A stretch of 64,000 nt of DNA from Trichinella spiralis (lineage: Eukaryota), in contig NW_003526948.1 of the NCBI RefSeq assembly GCF_000181795.1, forward strand, positions 2,414,331-2,478,330, read 5' to 3'. The translations under genes and the position numbers were made by a program. A model generated the notes under the pieces. It ran no database searches. It saw nothing but the letters and a program-made list of their open reading frames with translations, and had not been told where the DNA came from. Shown piece after piece: positions 50,312-64,000 of the stretch (position 1 is its first letter; each line of letters opens with the position of its first letter).

Positions 50312-53300
50312 CTAAGTAACCGCAATGTAAAATAATAACACGTCATTTTCAACAAGAGATTTACATCAGCAAACATTATGGGCTTGGAAAACAATAAAAC
50401 ATGAAAACCTGCTTCACATTTGTGAATACATTTTCAAATGTCAGTGATAGCATCTAACAGTCAAACAAAACTGAAGGTTACTGTCCCAAATTGGCTAACA
50501 TCGTTTTGACACACTTAATAATTATTAAACACTGCCAAATAAATCCACTGAATTCACAAAAGTAAGAACAAAAAATAACACCTTCGCAAAATATCCACAC
50601 TGAGAATGTAGATGAATTAATTGTAAAAATTTCAACATTATCTATTATTGCTTGTCTTGATTTTCCTACTTTACACAATAAACTTCCACAACATCTCTGA
50701 CTGAAAATATTATTTGATTATTTAAAAACAAATTTCACCTTTGTCTGATTTACAACTAACTTTCCAACGCTACTACAAAATTGCCATACTCTTCTATAGA
50801 TAAGAATAAATATTAACCGTGAGAATCACCTACAAAATTTCAAAGATATTTTTTGTTTCACTGTTTTTGTATAGCTCAGTGCAAAATGCAAAATTTGTTC
50901 ATGGATAACACAAGCAAGTGGAACATTTTTAAAATTTACCATATTTAAATATGTCCAAATTAAATTTTAACCTCCGTGAATTAAATCTTGTTTTACCATA
51001 TTATTTTTAACTATATAATGTGGATGTTGGGTTGAGAGAAAGAGAAAAACAGACAAAAAGAGAAAGAGAGAGAGAGAGAGGTAGACAAGCAGGCAGACAG
51101 ACAGGCAGACAGAGAGAAAATGCCTATTTTTAGAAAATCAATTTTGCTTAAAAACTAGCTATATGAAATTCTAGAACATGAATAATGATGCAAGTAGAAT
51201 TGCAAGGCTTTTGTATTTCAATTCTGATCATCTTCACTGATAAACATCAACTGCCCATATAATTGCATTTTTTGTTATAAAAAAAATACAAGAAAAAACA
51301 ATTTCTTATTATGACCAGTCCAATGCTACCATGTAACATGCGATTATGAGTTAGCTTTATGTTCTATCCGTTCAATTACACACATAGCTGTGGAAATATG
51401 CTGCTTATTTAAAATCGGATTGAAACAAAGCAAAAAAAAACAGTTCAATAATTTCAATTGTAGTACCACTTAATTAAGTACAAGTGAAAATATTGAAAAA
51501 GTATTATTCAATTATGATGATGATCAAAAAATAAAAAAATAAGCAATAATCGAAAAAAAAATAGAACTTCTTACCCAGCATGCGCTTTTTGTCCGGTGCA
51601 ATAAAGCGACATAGTACACAGTAAAGTATGCGGCTTGGTGAAAGTTGATCATCGCAATTGCCGGCATTAGTTTGTGAATCTTTGAGCGTACTGTCCAATG
51701 CCACATCAGCTAAGCGTACTTTCTGCAAAGCTCTACTGCAACATTTGTGCCTGAACGTTGCCACGTGAGATTGCAGCTTATGTAAACTATTAAAAAAGAA
51801 AAAGAAAAGACAAATCAGATGCTAATTAGAATAGAAAAAAGCTTCAAAGCTGAATCAGATGACTAATTGGAAAAATATAATACGTGCCATGACAACTTTG
51901 CAAAGTTCAAAAACAACAATTCGATAGCAGAACAGAACCTGGTGCGTGAATTATATTATATAATATAAATTTTTTACACATATATATATATATATACATA
52001 AAGCGAATAATAGCAACCGAAATAATTATTACGATTGCGTTGGTTTTCGTGTGGCTGAAAAACGATTCTTCTGCAACAGTAAGCAAGAATGAAAGTGACG
52101 ATGGAAACAATAGAAATTCAAAGGGTAATGAAGAAAAAGAGTCCGTAAAAAGATTAAATATAAATAACAGTAACAAAAAAGAAAAACCAAGAACAGCAAA
52201 CAGGGGAATTTTCTGTTGTTATTCTTTTTTTTTTCATTTTAGGCAACAACCTGAAAAAACAATATGACAATTGCTTACTTGTCGCAAAAGTCGTTGCAAG
52301 CAACGCAGCGAAGTTGCACAGGATTATTGTGATTCAGAAACTGCAAACGCCACTCTTTCAAAATTGTGCCCTCTTGTATATGGTTCACCTGAAATTTGAA
52401 CAACACGTCAGAAAAGCGTTTTTAATTTCTGCTAAAAATCCAACCCAACCACCACCCTCTAACACTATTCTATACTTCAACAAGAAAATTTATGCTTTCA
52501 CTTCGGCTTCTTGTCCTTTTCGAAGAAAATTAAAATAGATTCAACAAAAGCATTGGATGTCATTGGGGGACTATCTACATCTGTATGATATATATATAAA
52601 GAAAGCTGGAAAAGAAGATTTTTCCTAAAAAACTATATATGAGAGATGGAGTATAGTTTTGCTAGAGCTCAACATTTCATTCGATTCAGCAAAAATGAAG
52701 CTGCTGCCAGTTTCATCAGCTTGCACACTAAGTTGACTACTCCAACCCTTGGGAGAAATGCAAAAAAAAGAAAGAAAGAAAGAAAGAATAACAATACCTT
52801 TCATTTGATGAAATCTGCATTTGTATCAAACGATATAAAAGAAACTAAGAAAAGAAATTTTGTAACTAACCAACCTTTGAATGGCAAGTGTTGATATAAA
52901 AAAAAAGTACTAGAATAAGCAATATTTTCAAATATTGTTCTATTGTCAGTTTCACTGAAGAACCAACTGAAAATGGAAAATGCTTAAAGTGAACAAACAG
53001 AAAACTCATTTACAAAATATTGCATGTTCGTGTATCACATTCACATGGCATTGCAACAACAACAACAACAAAATTATTAATAATAGTACATTTGTTGCAG
53101 CTCGAAAGTTACATACAATAAATATTATTACCATGCTCAAATTTCAGGTTGGGAAAAAATAATTTCTTTTTTCTGGTAGCTTAAAAAAATAATACATCTC
53201 TCTGAGCAACCGTCAAAATGGAAAAAGTTTTACCTCATCAAAATTGATCTTTCAAAAAGGTAATTATTATTGAATATTTCTACTCATTTATTTAAATTAA

Positions 53301-56300
53301 AAATTTTACATTTTTAATATTTTAAAAGCACATCGAGTAAATTCAATGACGAGTATAAAATTAAAATTAAACAAATGAAATTAACAATTCATCACCAAAT
53401 CAATAATCACCAAATTCAAAAGTGCCATCAAGGTTTCTGTAATAAAACTACAAATCTTGGGCAAAAAGGTTCGAAATATTGAAATCAAATCAACTTTAAA
53501 AAGTGATGATCGAAAAGTATTAATTTTAAAAATTAAACAAAAAACAAAACTCATCTGCGACCACTGAATTTGCATTGCATATATTGTTGTACAGTGTTAA
53601 TAGGCCTTTGTAAAGAGGGAACCCTCTTCTGATTTTCATTTGCAAATCTTGTCGTCATCTGAAGTCAAAAGCTAACTTGGTCAGACCTAGCCTGGTTAGC
53701 CAGCAAACTACCTTCCTCAATTTGATCGATTTCACATAAACCGTATAGTTTATTTATTATTACCTTTTTGTTTCGTCCAATAATTTCACATCAATCTACC
53801 AATTACAGAAATTACGTTTCCAGCTAATGATTTGCATAAACAGAGAAGTTGGAAAGTGAAAACTAGAAACAGCATGCATAGAATAGCAGAAAATGAAAAA
53901 AAAATACATCTACACAATAAAACACTTATCATGACGAGCAATTTCATTAAAAGTTTTTATAAAATAAAATATAATTGTTTTTTTTTTTGCATTACTAACC
54001 TTTGAAAATTGCGCAGATTGTTAGAACAGATCTTGGTTGAACAGCAGCAGTGTTGGCAAAACCAAACTTTGTAATGCGACTGTGAAATTTAGGGTGAAAG
54101 CTTATTTTTATAAGTGAATTTTGTTACATGTTTTACCCAATTATTTCCTTTTTACAATGAAGAAAGGGGAAAAATGCAATTTTCACATCGTTACAACAAA
54201 TGAAAATATACATTTATATTAGCAACATAAGAATATATACATATTTATATATATATATAAGCAATTCAATTGTTAATGCTGTAAAAAAAAGTATCAACAA
54301 CAACAACAACAACAACGGTGAAATAGATAGACAGCTAAATAATAGTATCAATTTTAGCAATTTGTTGTTGGAAATGTTGCTCATTGACATGAGCTAATAT
54401 TTGCTCTCATGCAATGGCAACATGAGAAAAAGCAAGATAACCAAACTGGAGAGAAAGAAAAATGTTTCAACAATTTTAAAATAATTTTTACAATTTCTAA
54501 AACTTTTTTCAAATAATTTTGCAAAACAAAAAAATAAATCTATAAAGTTGCATATAAATGCAAATGTATATTTGTACAAAGCTCACATCCATCCACTGAT
54601 CGAGTTGCTTATAGCCAAAAAAAAATAAGAAACAAACAATATCGAGAAACAGAAACTATATATATATATATTTTTTTTTTAATATATATCGTCGCTGTAG
54701 TTTGAGATTAAATTTGTAAAGCTCTTGTATTTTTCGTTTGCAATCGACTCATAATCAACAACCTGTGTGATTGCATGCTTTATTTGGATAATAATCTCTG
54801 GCCTCTTGTGTTAATGACATTTTGCGTTGTCGTCGTCTTGTCACTTTTCACACATTTGTCAGTTTGCAGTTGCAAAAGAATAATACGTGATGGATGATGA
54901 AAAAGCTCAAATTTTCCACCGTTCACCTCAAAACAATAATTACCCTATATTGATATTCGCTTGCATTCCATTTTCTGGCAATTTCTGAGCAGTCAACTTT
55001 GCAACTTGCCACTTTGCATATATTCTGATCATTTTAAATCGCTTTCTATTTAAGCAACACTCTGAACGACAATTTTCAGTGGGAAAATGTTTTTTTTTTC
55101 ATTTTTTTGTTTCTTTTCTCCACACAAGCATGATGGATGAGTGCTCGAAGGAAAAATGAACATACTTTATTATTTATTATGCATGCAGTGTTGCTTGTTG
55201 TGTGGAATTTATCTGTTACCCACAATATACTACTACTACTACAAACTCACGTACATAGAGAGTGGTGAAAATAAAACTTATGAATAAAAATGTAAAATCA
55301 TCAACAAAATCAACTCCGAAAAACAAGTAATCCATTCTGAAGAAATCATTCAGTAATATAATAATAATATTAGTAATAATAAGCTGTTCTATGTTAGCAA
55401 GCTGTGTTCTTTTTCAACATGTAAAAATAAACTTACATTTTCTTTACAACTTGACAAAGAAAGTATGTCTTAATTTCCTAGCCTTCTCCTTCCTATATTT
55501 CAGTGTTCTCAAAGCGAACATTATTTCAGAAAAATTATTGACAAACTGCACTCCGCAAACAAGTTACTCTATTAACCAGATAATTTTAATAAAATTTCAT
55601 GACATTAAAAAAGACAAAACCAGCATGGTGAACAATTTTGAATAGTGGTTTATTTTTTGTTTAATCACAGGTGTATTGTTTATGAAATAATAAAAACAGA
55701 TGAAATAAGCTTTTGAGCTAATAGGGAACAAATCAAAAAAAAATTGCAAATGCAGTAGATTGGAAAGAAAGCAGGCAGGCAGGCCACACAATATTCTCCT
55801 TTTTAATGAATAATTTTTTAATATTGATCGGTAAGCAGCTGGCATCAGTCAGCAGAAAATTTATCAATCTCAATTTACAAGTTTTCATCCAGCTGAACAG
55901 AAACGATATATATATACATATACACTAAGCGATGGTTGAAAATTTCGAAATGCAGATGTGGAATTCTGTTGAATGAAAAATTATGCGCAAAATAATTTTT
56001 GAAAAATAGAAAAAATGCATAAAAAAGTATAACAAACTTGCACAACGAATGCAACACTTGAAACTGCTTTTTTGTGCTCTCTTAAATTGAAAGCAACAAA
56101 ATTTTTGTGTTTGAAAATGAAAATTTTGAAAATCGCTGACGTCACTGCGAGTGGGGTGTAGACGCTTTGTTGTTAGCAGTTTGCAGTTCAATTTAATTTA
56201 ACAAACAAAAAAAGTGAAATAATTATTCAACACAACTATAAGCTAGCATTATTGGTTTGTAAATTTCGTTAACAATGCTTGTTTGCATTCAATTTGCTTG

Positions 56301-58774
56301 ACTCACTTAAGAGATGGCAAATAAAATCGCCTACGCCTTGCTCTGTATCCTGTTACAGAAAAATGCTGCCCGCAAGTGTGACTTTGACAAAAATAATCAG
56401 TAAGCTAAACGAAAATGAACAAGAACAAGAAGAATCAATCTATCCCTATATTTTTGTCCTGTTTTTTATAATTTTATTAAACCTCTTCAGGCGACTAGTG
56501 TAATAATTGAACCAAGCACATATATTTTGTCCTTGGTGTGAAAAGTTGGTCATCAAATGACTCATACTGCCTGCCTATTCGGAGTGTAAATTGCGCTCGC
56601 TATGCAATGTCAACTTTTGAAAACCTTTCTCTAATTTCCAAAATCAAACGCTCACTTTCCCTACTTCTCAATTTTCATTTCATTTCAACTATCGTGCAAA
56701 ACTGTTTCTGGTGCAAAGTTACATACATACATACATACTAATATTGATTTCATTTTGCGTCTATTCTACTCACTTTACCTCTTCACATTGCAAATCACAT
56801 ACATATATATATATAAGAAAAAACATCGATATACAGATTATTATACACAGATATAATTAACATTATTCAACAATGCAATGTTTCATCGAAATTAGACAAA
56901 TAAAACCCATACTACAAATTAAATGAAAGCGTTAAATATATTCATTCAACAGCACTTACCAGTTGCAAACGTTGCAAATGTTTGTCCGTTTTCATGTGCA
57001 GAGTAAAATTAGCCTTTAAATGGGTTTTGTAACGACACAAATTGCATAGATAATTGCCAGATACAAATGATACATCTGATTCGTTTGGATGCCCTCGATC
57101 TGAGAAAGCATGTTTGGCCATTTCTTCCACTGTATCACAGGTGAAGTCCAAACAAATGCAGCATTGAAAATGATGCATTGTCTCAGAAATTTCGAACCAA
57201 GTCTGCACATCCGACTGACCCGACTCAGTCGAACAACGTTGATCGAATCCACCGTACAAAAAGTTCATTTCCAACGGTCCACCTAGCATAGATGGCATGC
57301 AACCGGCAATACTGTCGTCTGTTTTTATCATCCCGTTTGATTGATCTCGTCGAACAGATCCGGCATTTTGGGCGTGTTTTTCGCTTGTCATGTGTATTTT
57401 CAAATTGCGAGCAATATACGTTTCATAATTGCACGGCTCACATCTGAATGTCAACGATTTTGTCGCTGAACTGTTGTTGTTCACTGGCACCAGTTGGCCT
57501 AAAACATTATAAATCACAAAATGGCATTTCAATTTATTCTTTTTTCATTTCTTGTTCTTTTTGATTTCAATTAACAAGAACTGTTATTCATCAATTAGCC
57601 TTTAAAATTATTTTTGACTTTCTGTTTAAATATAAAATAAAAATAAAGCTTCACCAGTTGAATGTTGCTGGTCATTGGTGAGAGCTTTGGTCATGGCCAA
57701 GTGTTGCTGACTAGTAGCAGTTGCAGATGCAGCATCGCCAACAAACCCGGCGTGTTGTAGTTCTTGCATATTGTTCAGATGCTTATCCGACTGCATGTGA
57801 ATTGCCAAGTTTCCTTTGGTAGTTGTCGAATAGTGGCAAATGTCACAACGATACGGCTTGTATCCGCATATGTAATTTTCACCCCGAGCTAACCTCGGAT
57901 GCGGATGATTACTGAGACAATAAACGCAACTGACGTCACCTTGCGCATGTTTTTCTTTCATGTGGATTTCCAACGTTTCTTGGTACTTGTAATGCCAATT
58001 ACACTTGGGACATTTCAAAGTTTTGCTCGAATTTCTCGACTGAGGTGTCAAAGGTGCGGTTGGCATGGCTAAGCCAGAAAATCCTGGACCAGTTGCCGAA
58101 ACTGTAGTTTTACCATTCGATAATTCATCGCTTGTTTCTTCGGCTGATGTCGTCTCAGTAATTGCCGGTGCAGACTGTTGTTGCTGTTGCTGTTGTTTGT
58201 CGCTTTCTTCTAAAGTCGACAGCAAAATTGCACGGATGGGTGATCCACAGTTTTCAGCATTATTCACTGGCTGAGTTGTGTAAAAACGACCGGCAAATGT
58301 GTGCGCCTTTCGGCAGTGGTCTAGAAAGCGATCCACGGCAACGAAACGTAATTTGCAAACAAGGCAAAGCAAATGGCCAGGTGTTGAAGAAGAAGAAGAA
58401 GAAGAAGAAGAAGAAAGATCATCAGCAGTGGACTCGTACGGTGTTAACTTGTAAAACCCCCTTTGCCCGTCTGTGCTAAGATGATGCAAAAATGTCAAAT
58501 CACCATGCTGTTCGTTGACGAGAGTTTCACCAGAGCCAAGAAGTTCGTCGAAACGGCATTTGATATCCCTGTCGACTGCATTCGATTCATGCTCAACTAA
58601 ATAAGCTGCACATCCATCAGTGCTGTAAGCGATGTGACAGAAAACAGACGAAGGCTCGTCGCAGGTTGCTAGCACCCAACCAGCGGCACTAGCCTCCATT
58701 GCCGGCAATGAATCGTAACCACCAGTAGTACAGACAACGGGCCGTTTTTCAACCGGCGCTTGCAGAGGTAGCAT
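29159..58774 (-). CDS. zfh-2: Zinc finger homeobox protein ZFH-2 / ZFHX3-4 (ATBF1)-like, ~2670 aa (gene span)
   Basis: Exons 58774-57655, 57498-56960, 52388-52279, 51786-51575, 49648-49463, 37564-37358, 36213-36065, 34840-~32611, ~32554-29361, 29218-29159 are phase-consistent with one frame correction near 32.3-32.6 kb. Family-diagnostic blocks include [96 protein letters not shown] and the homeodomains. Confidence 0.95.
29361..32554 (-). CDS. zfh-2: zfh-2 homeodomain-containing coding segment (HD1, HD2, degenerate HD3, HD4, C-terminal zinc fingers)
   Basis: [25 protein letters not shown]...[26 protein letters not shown]...[24 protein letters not shown]...[12 protein letters not shown]. Donor CAG|GTTCGT at 29361. 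The upstream boundary is uncertain. Confidence 0.93.
32611..34840 (-). CDS. zfh-2: zfh-2 central zinc-finger coding segment with acidic and polyQ tracts
   Basis: Acceptor CCGCAG|ATTCACAAC ([13 protein letters not shown]). Fingers CHRC, CEIC, CNVC and CAFC are present. The downstream boundary is uncertain. Confidence 0.9.
36065..36213 (-). CDS. zfh-2: zfh-2 internal exon
   Basis: Encodes CPLC...MEEHLLR, which is completed by IHNV in the next exon. Canonical splice sites. Confidence 0.85.
37358..37564 (-). CDS. zfh-2: zfh-2 internal exon (low-complexity linker)
   Basis: TTTCCAG acceptor, GTAGGT donor, 207 nt, phase 1/1, open frame, GC-richer than its flanks. Confidence 0.65.
39353..39400. repeat. 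(CATA)n microsatellite
   Basis: Seen directly. Confidence 0.9.
41856..41945. repeat. Imperfect inverted repeat (MITE-like element or RNA hairpin)
   Basis: TGTACAGCCTTGACATAAGAAT (41856-41877) matches the reverse complement of ATTGTTATGTCAAGGTTGAACA (41924-41945) at 19 of 22 positions. Confidence 0.6.
42892..42960. repeat. (CA)n microsatellite
   Basis: Seen directly. Confidence 0.95.
49463..49648 (-). CDS. zfh-2: zfh-2 internal exon
   Basis: TTTTAG acceptor, GTAAGA donor. It supplies AHLLSLNH, completing the finger YCVLCRF...RML from the previous exon. Confidence 0.8.
49706..49830. repeat. Compound (TA)n array interrupted by AGC, GTT and AAC spacers
   Basis: Seen directly. Confidence 0.9.
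50279..50310. repeat. (TG)n microsatellite
   Basis: Seen directly. Confidence 0.95.
51575..51786 (-). CDS. zfh-2: zfh-2 internal exon
   Basis: [14 protein letters not shown]...LYCVLCRF; phase 2/1 with canonical splice sites. Confidence 0.85.
52279..52388 (-). CDS. zfh-2: zfh-2 internal exon (absent from the ORF track)
   Basis: [48 protein letters not shown]. This matches the ZFHX block VNHI.EG....EWRL......NPVQL.C..C. Confidence 0.9.
56960..57498 (-). CDS. zfh-2: zfh-2 exon (N-terminal zinc fingers)
   Basis: [25 protein letters not shown] and [31 protein letters not shown]. Confidence 0.92.
57655..58774 (-). CDS. zfh-2: zfh-2 first recognisable coding exon
   Basis: Begins TTTTTAG|ATG and contains the conserved [18 protein letters not shown] and [25 protein letters not shown] fingers. 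Confidence 0.9.
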
Positions 58775-61700
58775 CTAAAAAATGGACAAAAAGTTCAAAG
58801 CTATATATATACATATATACATACATATATAAATATAATAACAAATTAGAAAATAAACGCGAAAAAGCACGATTGTGCAACAACTTTGCCAGTGTGACGT
58901 GTCGGCGGCGATTAGCGCGACGACAAACAAAGGAGTTTCAAAAGTTGAAGATCGAGTCACTTGGGCAAACAAAGCAAGGAACATGACAGCTTTTGCTTAT
59001 TGCATTATTCACCCAATATAGATAATTTGAACAAACGGAAAAGGAAAAGCTTGAGAGTTGTCAGTGATTCGAGAAAAATAGAGAGGGAAGAAGAGAGGGA
59101 GAGAGGAAAAGGTTGAGAGAGATAATGTATAAATTATATCAAAAATTATCAGCTCAGGTGAACAATACAATTTCAACAGGCGTGCAAATACAAGTGTAAA
59201 AATGATGCGAGTTTGCAAATCTGATCAGTAATAATAACGGCGTCATTTCAGTATCAAAATGCGCCCAAACTTTGTGCACAAATGAGAGAGAGTAGGTGAG
59301 AGAGAGAGAAAGAGAAAAAAAAGTCCAATAATTTGCAAGTGAAGAGGTGTTGAAAAGGCGGAGCAGCGCCGACCTGCAAGCAACACCTGCTGTAACAATT
59401 AATTGCAACTTTGAAAAACGTTGTTTTTCCGGTTGATCTAGACAAGAACTTTGGTGACTGAAAAGTGCAATGCTAACTAAGTAGAACGCAAACCAGCTCG
59501 CAGCGCACTTTGCCAACTGAAACTGGACAAAAACCGCAAACTTAGCTATAAGCTTCAATAACGGCAAAACAATATGCTAAAATAAAAAAGTAAAAAAACC
59601 AAGTGAGTGGAACGTCAACGAGATGCGCATGCTCGCACGTCTCGATAAATAGCAGCAATCGGACAATCTGTATCAACTGAAATTCACAATGTATAACAAA
59701 TGTATCAATTTATCAACCAATAGACAAACTACAAGTATGAAAAAACTTCAACAGCTGGCCAATAAGAAGAGATAAGAAGTGCTTGAATGTTGAGCAATGT
59801 TGAAACAGTTTCAAAATTGATACACTGGCAAGGTTGGCAAAATTTCCATCTACTTATTGTAACGGACAAGTGATAAAATAGTTCAACTTTGAGAAATTTT
59901 TAAATATTCAAATGTGTATTCATCACGCGGAAAGGAACAGGCAAATGAGCAAATATAATTAAAATTACCAAATAATGCTATTGTGCGGAGAATTTTGTAA
60001 AGGCGACAAGAGCAAACAGATGACGCAGAAAAGTGACCCATAAAAAGCAACTCAAAGTATATTCAAAGATTGCCTGCTGACATTAAGACAACTGATACAA
60101 AACCAATGACGCTTTTTATTTACTAGAAAATAAAGCAACTTGAACAAAGATGTTAGTACTTTATAGAAACGTTACACATTGCAAAACCACTCAACTGTCG
60201 TATCTAATTGATCAAAGAAAGAAGAAAAAAAAGTATGCTTACACTTTTTCATGCAGATGTTATTTTTTTAGATTTGCAAATCAAAGCTGAAATATACATT
60301 TATAAATGTGGCATTTTAATTTTAAAATAGTTCCATTAGCATAATTAAACTGACAGACGCGAAACTGTTTTATAAAAAAAAAGCAACAAAGCTTTCAACT
60401 ATATCTAAAAGAAACAGCGAACAGTAATCATATCATTCATCATCGATCATCAAAAGTAAAAATCACACTCACTGTATATGGTGAGTTTAACTAACTGTGC
60501 TTAAATTTACACTACATTGAAACAAAACTTAAAACCAGGTTTGCAAACGCACCAAGATTGGGTAGATGCTTTTTCTTTACATTTGTAAAGATCACAAGGG
60601 AAGAAAAACAGCTTAAAAAGAGATTTCACTTACAGATAAAATTATACAACAATTTTGCTATAGAAACAAACAAATCGATAGAAGTTGCCAAAGTATCATT
60701 ATCACATGCTGCTGAGATTATGATCTAACTATTGGTATTATTATTATCATTATTTTGCATAAATCTTGAATTTATAAGTAATGTCAATAATGATATGTTG
60801 GTTAGATGATTAATAATTATAAAAGAAACGTCAAAGCTAACGGATTTGAATTTGAATACGTTGAAAATGAAAATACTCATATGTTAAGCTGATGGTTTAT
60901 AATAATAATTTGTTTTTGATATATTGTTACAAGAATAAATATGATGGTTTATTAAATAAAAAAGTACGGCAAGGTTACATTTATTTCTTCTACCAAAGCA
61001 AAAAAAAGTGGAGAAAATTTTTAAATGTTTCACAAACACTGCTTTCACAGTTTATGAGCCAGAGCAGAGGAGAAAGATTGCTCTGACGAAACAAACGGTC
61101 GAATGAAAACGCTTTCCAACCCTGGTTTTGGTGTAATTTTGAAAATTTTTCCAATCAAGCGTAACAGATTAACACAACCACGTCACAACGTGTTACGACG
61201 CACAATGAATAGGGACATACATGTATTTGTGACACCGCCGAACAAGCCTAGCCATGTAGTGGAAAAATGAAAAGAATTCCTACCATTGATTGCCCTTCAA
61301 TAATGCAGCAATAAAAAAAATAAATAAACTCAAAACCAACAATAATTCATTTTTTGGCAGATATTAATTTCAGACAATTTTGGAAACATATTTACATTTG
61401 ATTTGAGACAAAGAAAAAAGAATACAGATAAAAATATAGAAAACAAAATAAGCATCAACTTGGTTTTGCTGAAATACATACATTGGACAGACATTGAGAA
61501 GTTTTTTTTTTTGAAAATCGATCAGTGGAGCAAAAATTTCGCAAAGCGTTCACGTTTGCCGTCATTGAACCAGCAGTTCAGATCACCAAGCGTTTCGATG
61601 GTCTTTTTTAAAATAAGGCGCTAGACTTCACTTTATGTTTGTTTAACGATTTTCAACTGTTCAGTAATAAATTTTTAAAACGTAAGAAGCCGTAAGGCGT

Positions 61701-62516
61701 CAAAAGGAAAAAAATTGATTATTTGATTTTTTCATCGTTAACTTTATTTCTGTTTTCAAATTGATGAGATCGCGTTTGCGTTTCAACGCTAAACAACATC
61801 TGAAAACAATCCTGTACTACTTGGACATTTCGAAAGCTCCTGAATTACCATACCATACCATATATTCAGAGAATTATTATACAAACTGCGAAACAATTAC
61901 ATTTCAACCTCAGCATCTACTGAAAACAGTGGACTTGTTATTTGTTAAATCATGCTTAACAATAATCATAATTATAAATTTTATAAAATAAAACGAAAAT
62001 TACAACTCAACAAAAAGTCAACTTCAAAATACCTGACGAAAAAGTATGTACCTGACGATTGTAGAAAGCTGAAAATTGAACAATCGCAGTGCAATTTGTT
62101 ACAAACATAGCAATAACAAAACAACGATACTAAGCCGTAAATACCACCATAAAGCAAGCATTATTTCTTGCCTTTTTACAAGGCTACGTAAACAGAACCA
62201 TAGATTAGAATAAATTCAATACCAATTTAAAATATAACGCATTTATCCTTTTATGCGACAGTATGAAATCAACAAATTACTAATGAAACTATTTAAATAC
62301 GCTCTTCATCATCTGTACATGTTGTTAAATTTGCAACTGAATATTATTACTGCATTTCAACTGTTCAATAAATTGACAATTTTTCAACTTTATTTTCTTT
62401 TCATGTATCAATTTTCAAATTTCATTTCCAAAGTCAATTATGAAAGCAAAAATGACTTCTGTAAATGGGTTCAAAATATAAGCATCAGATATAATTTTTA
62501 GAAAATTATCTTTTTT

Positions 62517-62544
62517 CAAATCAAATCAAATCAAATCAAATCAA
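62517..62544. repeat. (AAATC)n pentanucleotide repeat
   Basis: Seen directly. Confidence 0.85.
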
Positions 62545-64000
62545 TTTAAATTTTTTCTTTAGTTTCTTACACAACCTCGACGAAATTATTCACATCTATG
62601 GAAAAAAAAGCACAACACATGGCCAGCGTGAAAGAAATCAGCATTTTTATATTCCATTGCAGTTTCAGTAAAAATTGTTCGGAAAAAAATTATTGCAACA
62701 AAAATGTTACACGTGATCTAGGCGCGCATTATCTATCATACAGTACGCGAAAGATTTTTCTCACTGCTACATGTGAGCTGCTGAGTCATCGCTGTTGCAA
62801 TACAACACATCAATTTGTCACAGCTCAACATGTTTTTTCTGCTCAAAACGATTAACACAACTAATTTAATTGCTGAAATTAAATAATGCTTCTAGTAGAA
62901 ACTGCCAGAAGAAAAACTGTATAATAGCACAGGTTCAAGCGCTGTTTAGAAGAAAGCAAAACTGCCAAATAACAACAAATTTCGAAAAGCACTGATTGTA
63001 CTTTCATATATTTGCAAATCTATATATCATCGTAACACTGCTTTCAGGCTACAAGTTCAGGTTCAATTGCTTACAAACAATTAAAAACATTATCAGCAAT
63101 AATAAATAAAACAAAAACAATTAATACTTTGAACATACTGTATGATCCGGACTGACACTCAATATTGGATTTATTATGTTCTTCTGTCATTTAAATTGCT
63201 GCTTCCTCTTTTTCATTAAAAATATCTTTTCGAAGTTCCATTATGAAAAGAATAATAAATTTACATAAATGTCTTCGAAATAGAACTAAACAAACAAACA
63301 CCAAATTAAAATAGCCATATATATATATCTCTCTCTCTGTCTACCTAGCATCACTTCAGCTACTATTTATGCAAATTGAAAACACTTGTATTTTGACCTC
63401 ATTTGAAAAATAAATTATATTTTAACAATGCAAGCACAGTTGAAATGAATAATTAAAAAGACAATTAAATATACACAGTTAAATGAAAAATATACAGTAA
63501 TTAAACCTGCCTATTTATTAATAATCAAGTAAGTAATCATAGAAAAAATATATTGTTAAAAATTGAAAAAAAACAATATATTATTTACAATATTGAAACG
63601 CTTTTCATAACTGTAGAAAGTTGGTGCCATTTTTGGGCGAACTTTAAAAAACATATCAAGTTCAATTGCAAATTGCAACGCAAGTTAATAATGGGTGGCA
63701 AATGATAATTGGAAAAAAATGATATTTGACTTGAAAAGTCCAGTTAATTATGCAAAAGCGTATATTGTTCTTATGCAATTGAAAAACGTCAACAAAGAAT
63801 CATGCTATGACGAAATGAAATCAGTTCGATTACCACGGGAAAAGGAGGAGCTTGATTAGGAAATGCAGGATGATATAACCGATGACTACTGACTGATTCG
63901 CATCATTGGGCTATTGGTTTTTCTTTTTGGATTTGTTTGTTTGTTGCAACAAAAAAGAAAATATTCCATTTCAACAATTCTGCAGAATACGTGTGAAATA

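Noticed and set aside
1..64000. CRISPR arrays, rRNA, snRNA or spliced-leader RNA genes, prokaryote-type systems
   Set aside because: I recognised no repeat-spacer arrays or RNA-gene consensus sequences. The DNA is eukaryotic with spliceosomal introns. A covariance-model search would be needed to exclude divergent small RNAs.
38500..64000. Numerous 60-137 aa ORFs in zfh-2 introns and the upstream region
   Set aside because: Their F/L/I/K-rich composition is typical of chance ORFs in AT-rich DNA, with no splice-consistent models or motifs apart from the exons listed.

Overview
AT-rich, intron-containing animal genomic DNA with draft-assembly N gaps. Short GT-AG introns with TTTCAG/TTTTAG acceptors suggest a nematode; Trichinella-like is my inference, not proven. 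Four genes can be built with phase-consistent splice sites. (1) A type IV (zeta/iota-like) diacylglycerol kinase on + (4857-9274, 5' end unresolved) that stops before the ankyrin repeats. (2) A 210-aa orphan with a signal-peptide-like N-terminus on - (9777-10873). (3) An MPPED/239FB-like metallophosphoesterase on + (14283-19454) with an intact ORF but most metal-binding residues replaced, i.e. a candidate pseudoenzyme. (4) A ~30-kb zfh-2/ZFHX3(ATBF1)-like zinc-finger homeobox gene on - (29159-58774) with three canonical homeodomains, a vestigial third-position homeodomain, and a frame discontinuity in a CAG/CAA tract just before HD1. A repeat block at 20.2-24.5 kb holds two diverged ~1.29-kb tandem units, a hAT transposase remnant and a possible LINE remnant. 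Positions 22.2-23.6 kb recur almost identically at the window start. No rRNA, tRNA or CRISPR was seen. I found no clearly new multi-gene system. The best leads are the pseudo-phosphoesterase, the zfh-2 frame switch and the degenerate homeodomain.
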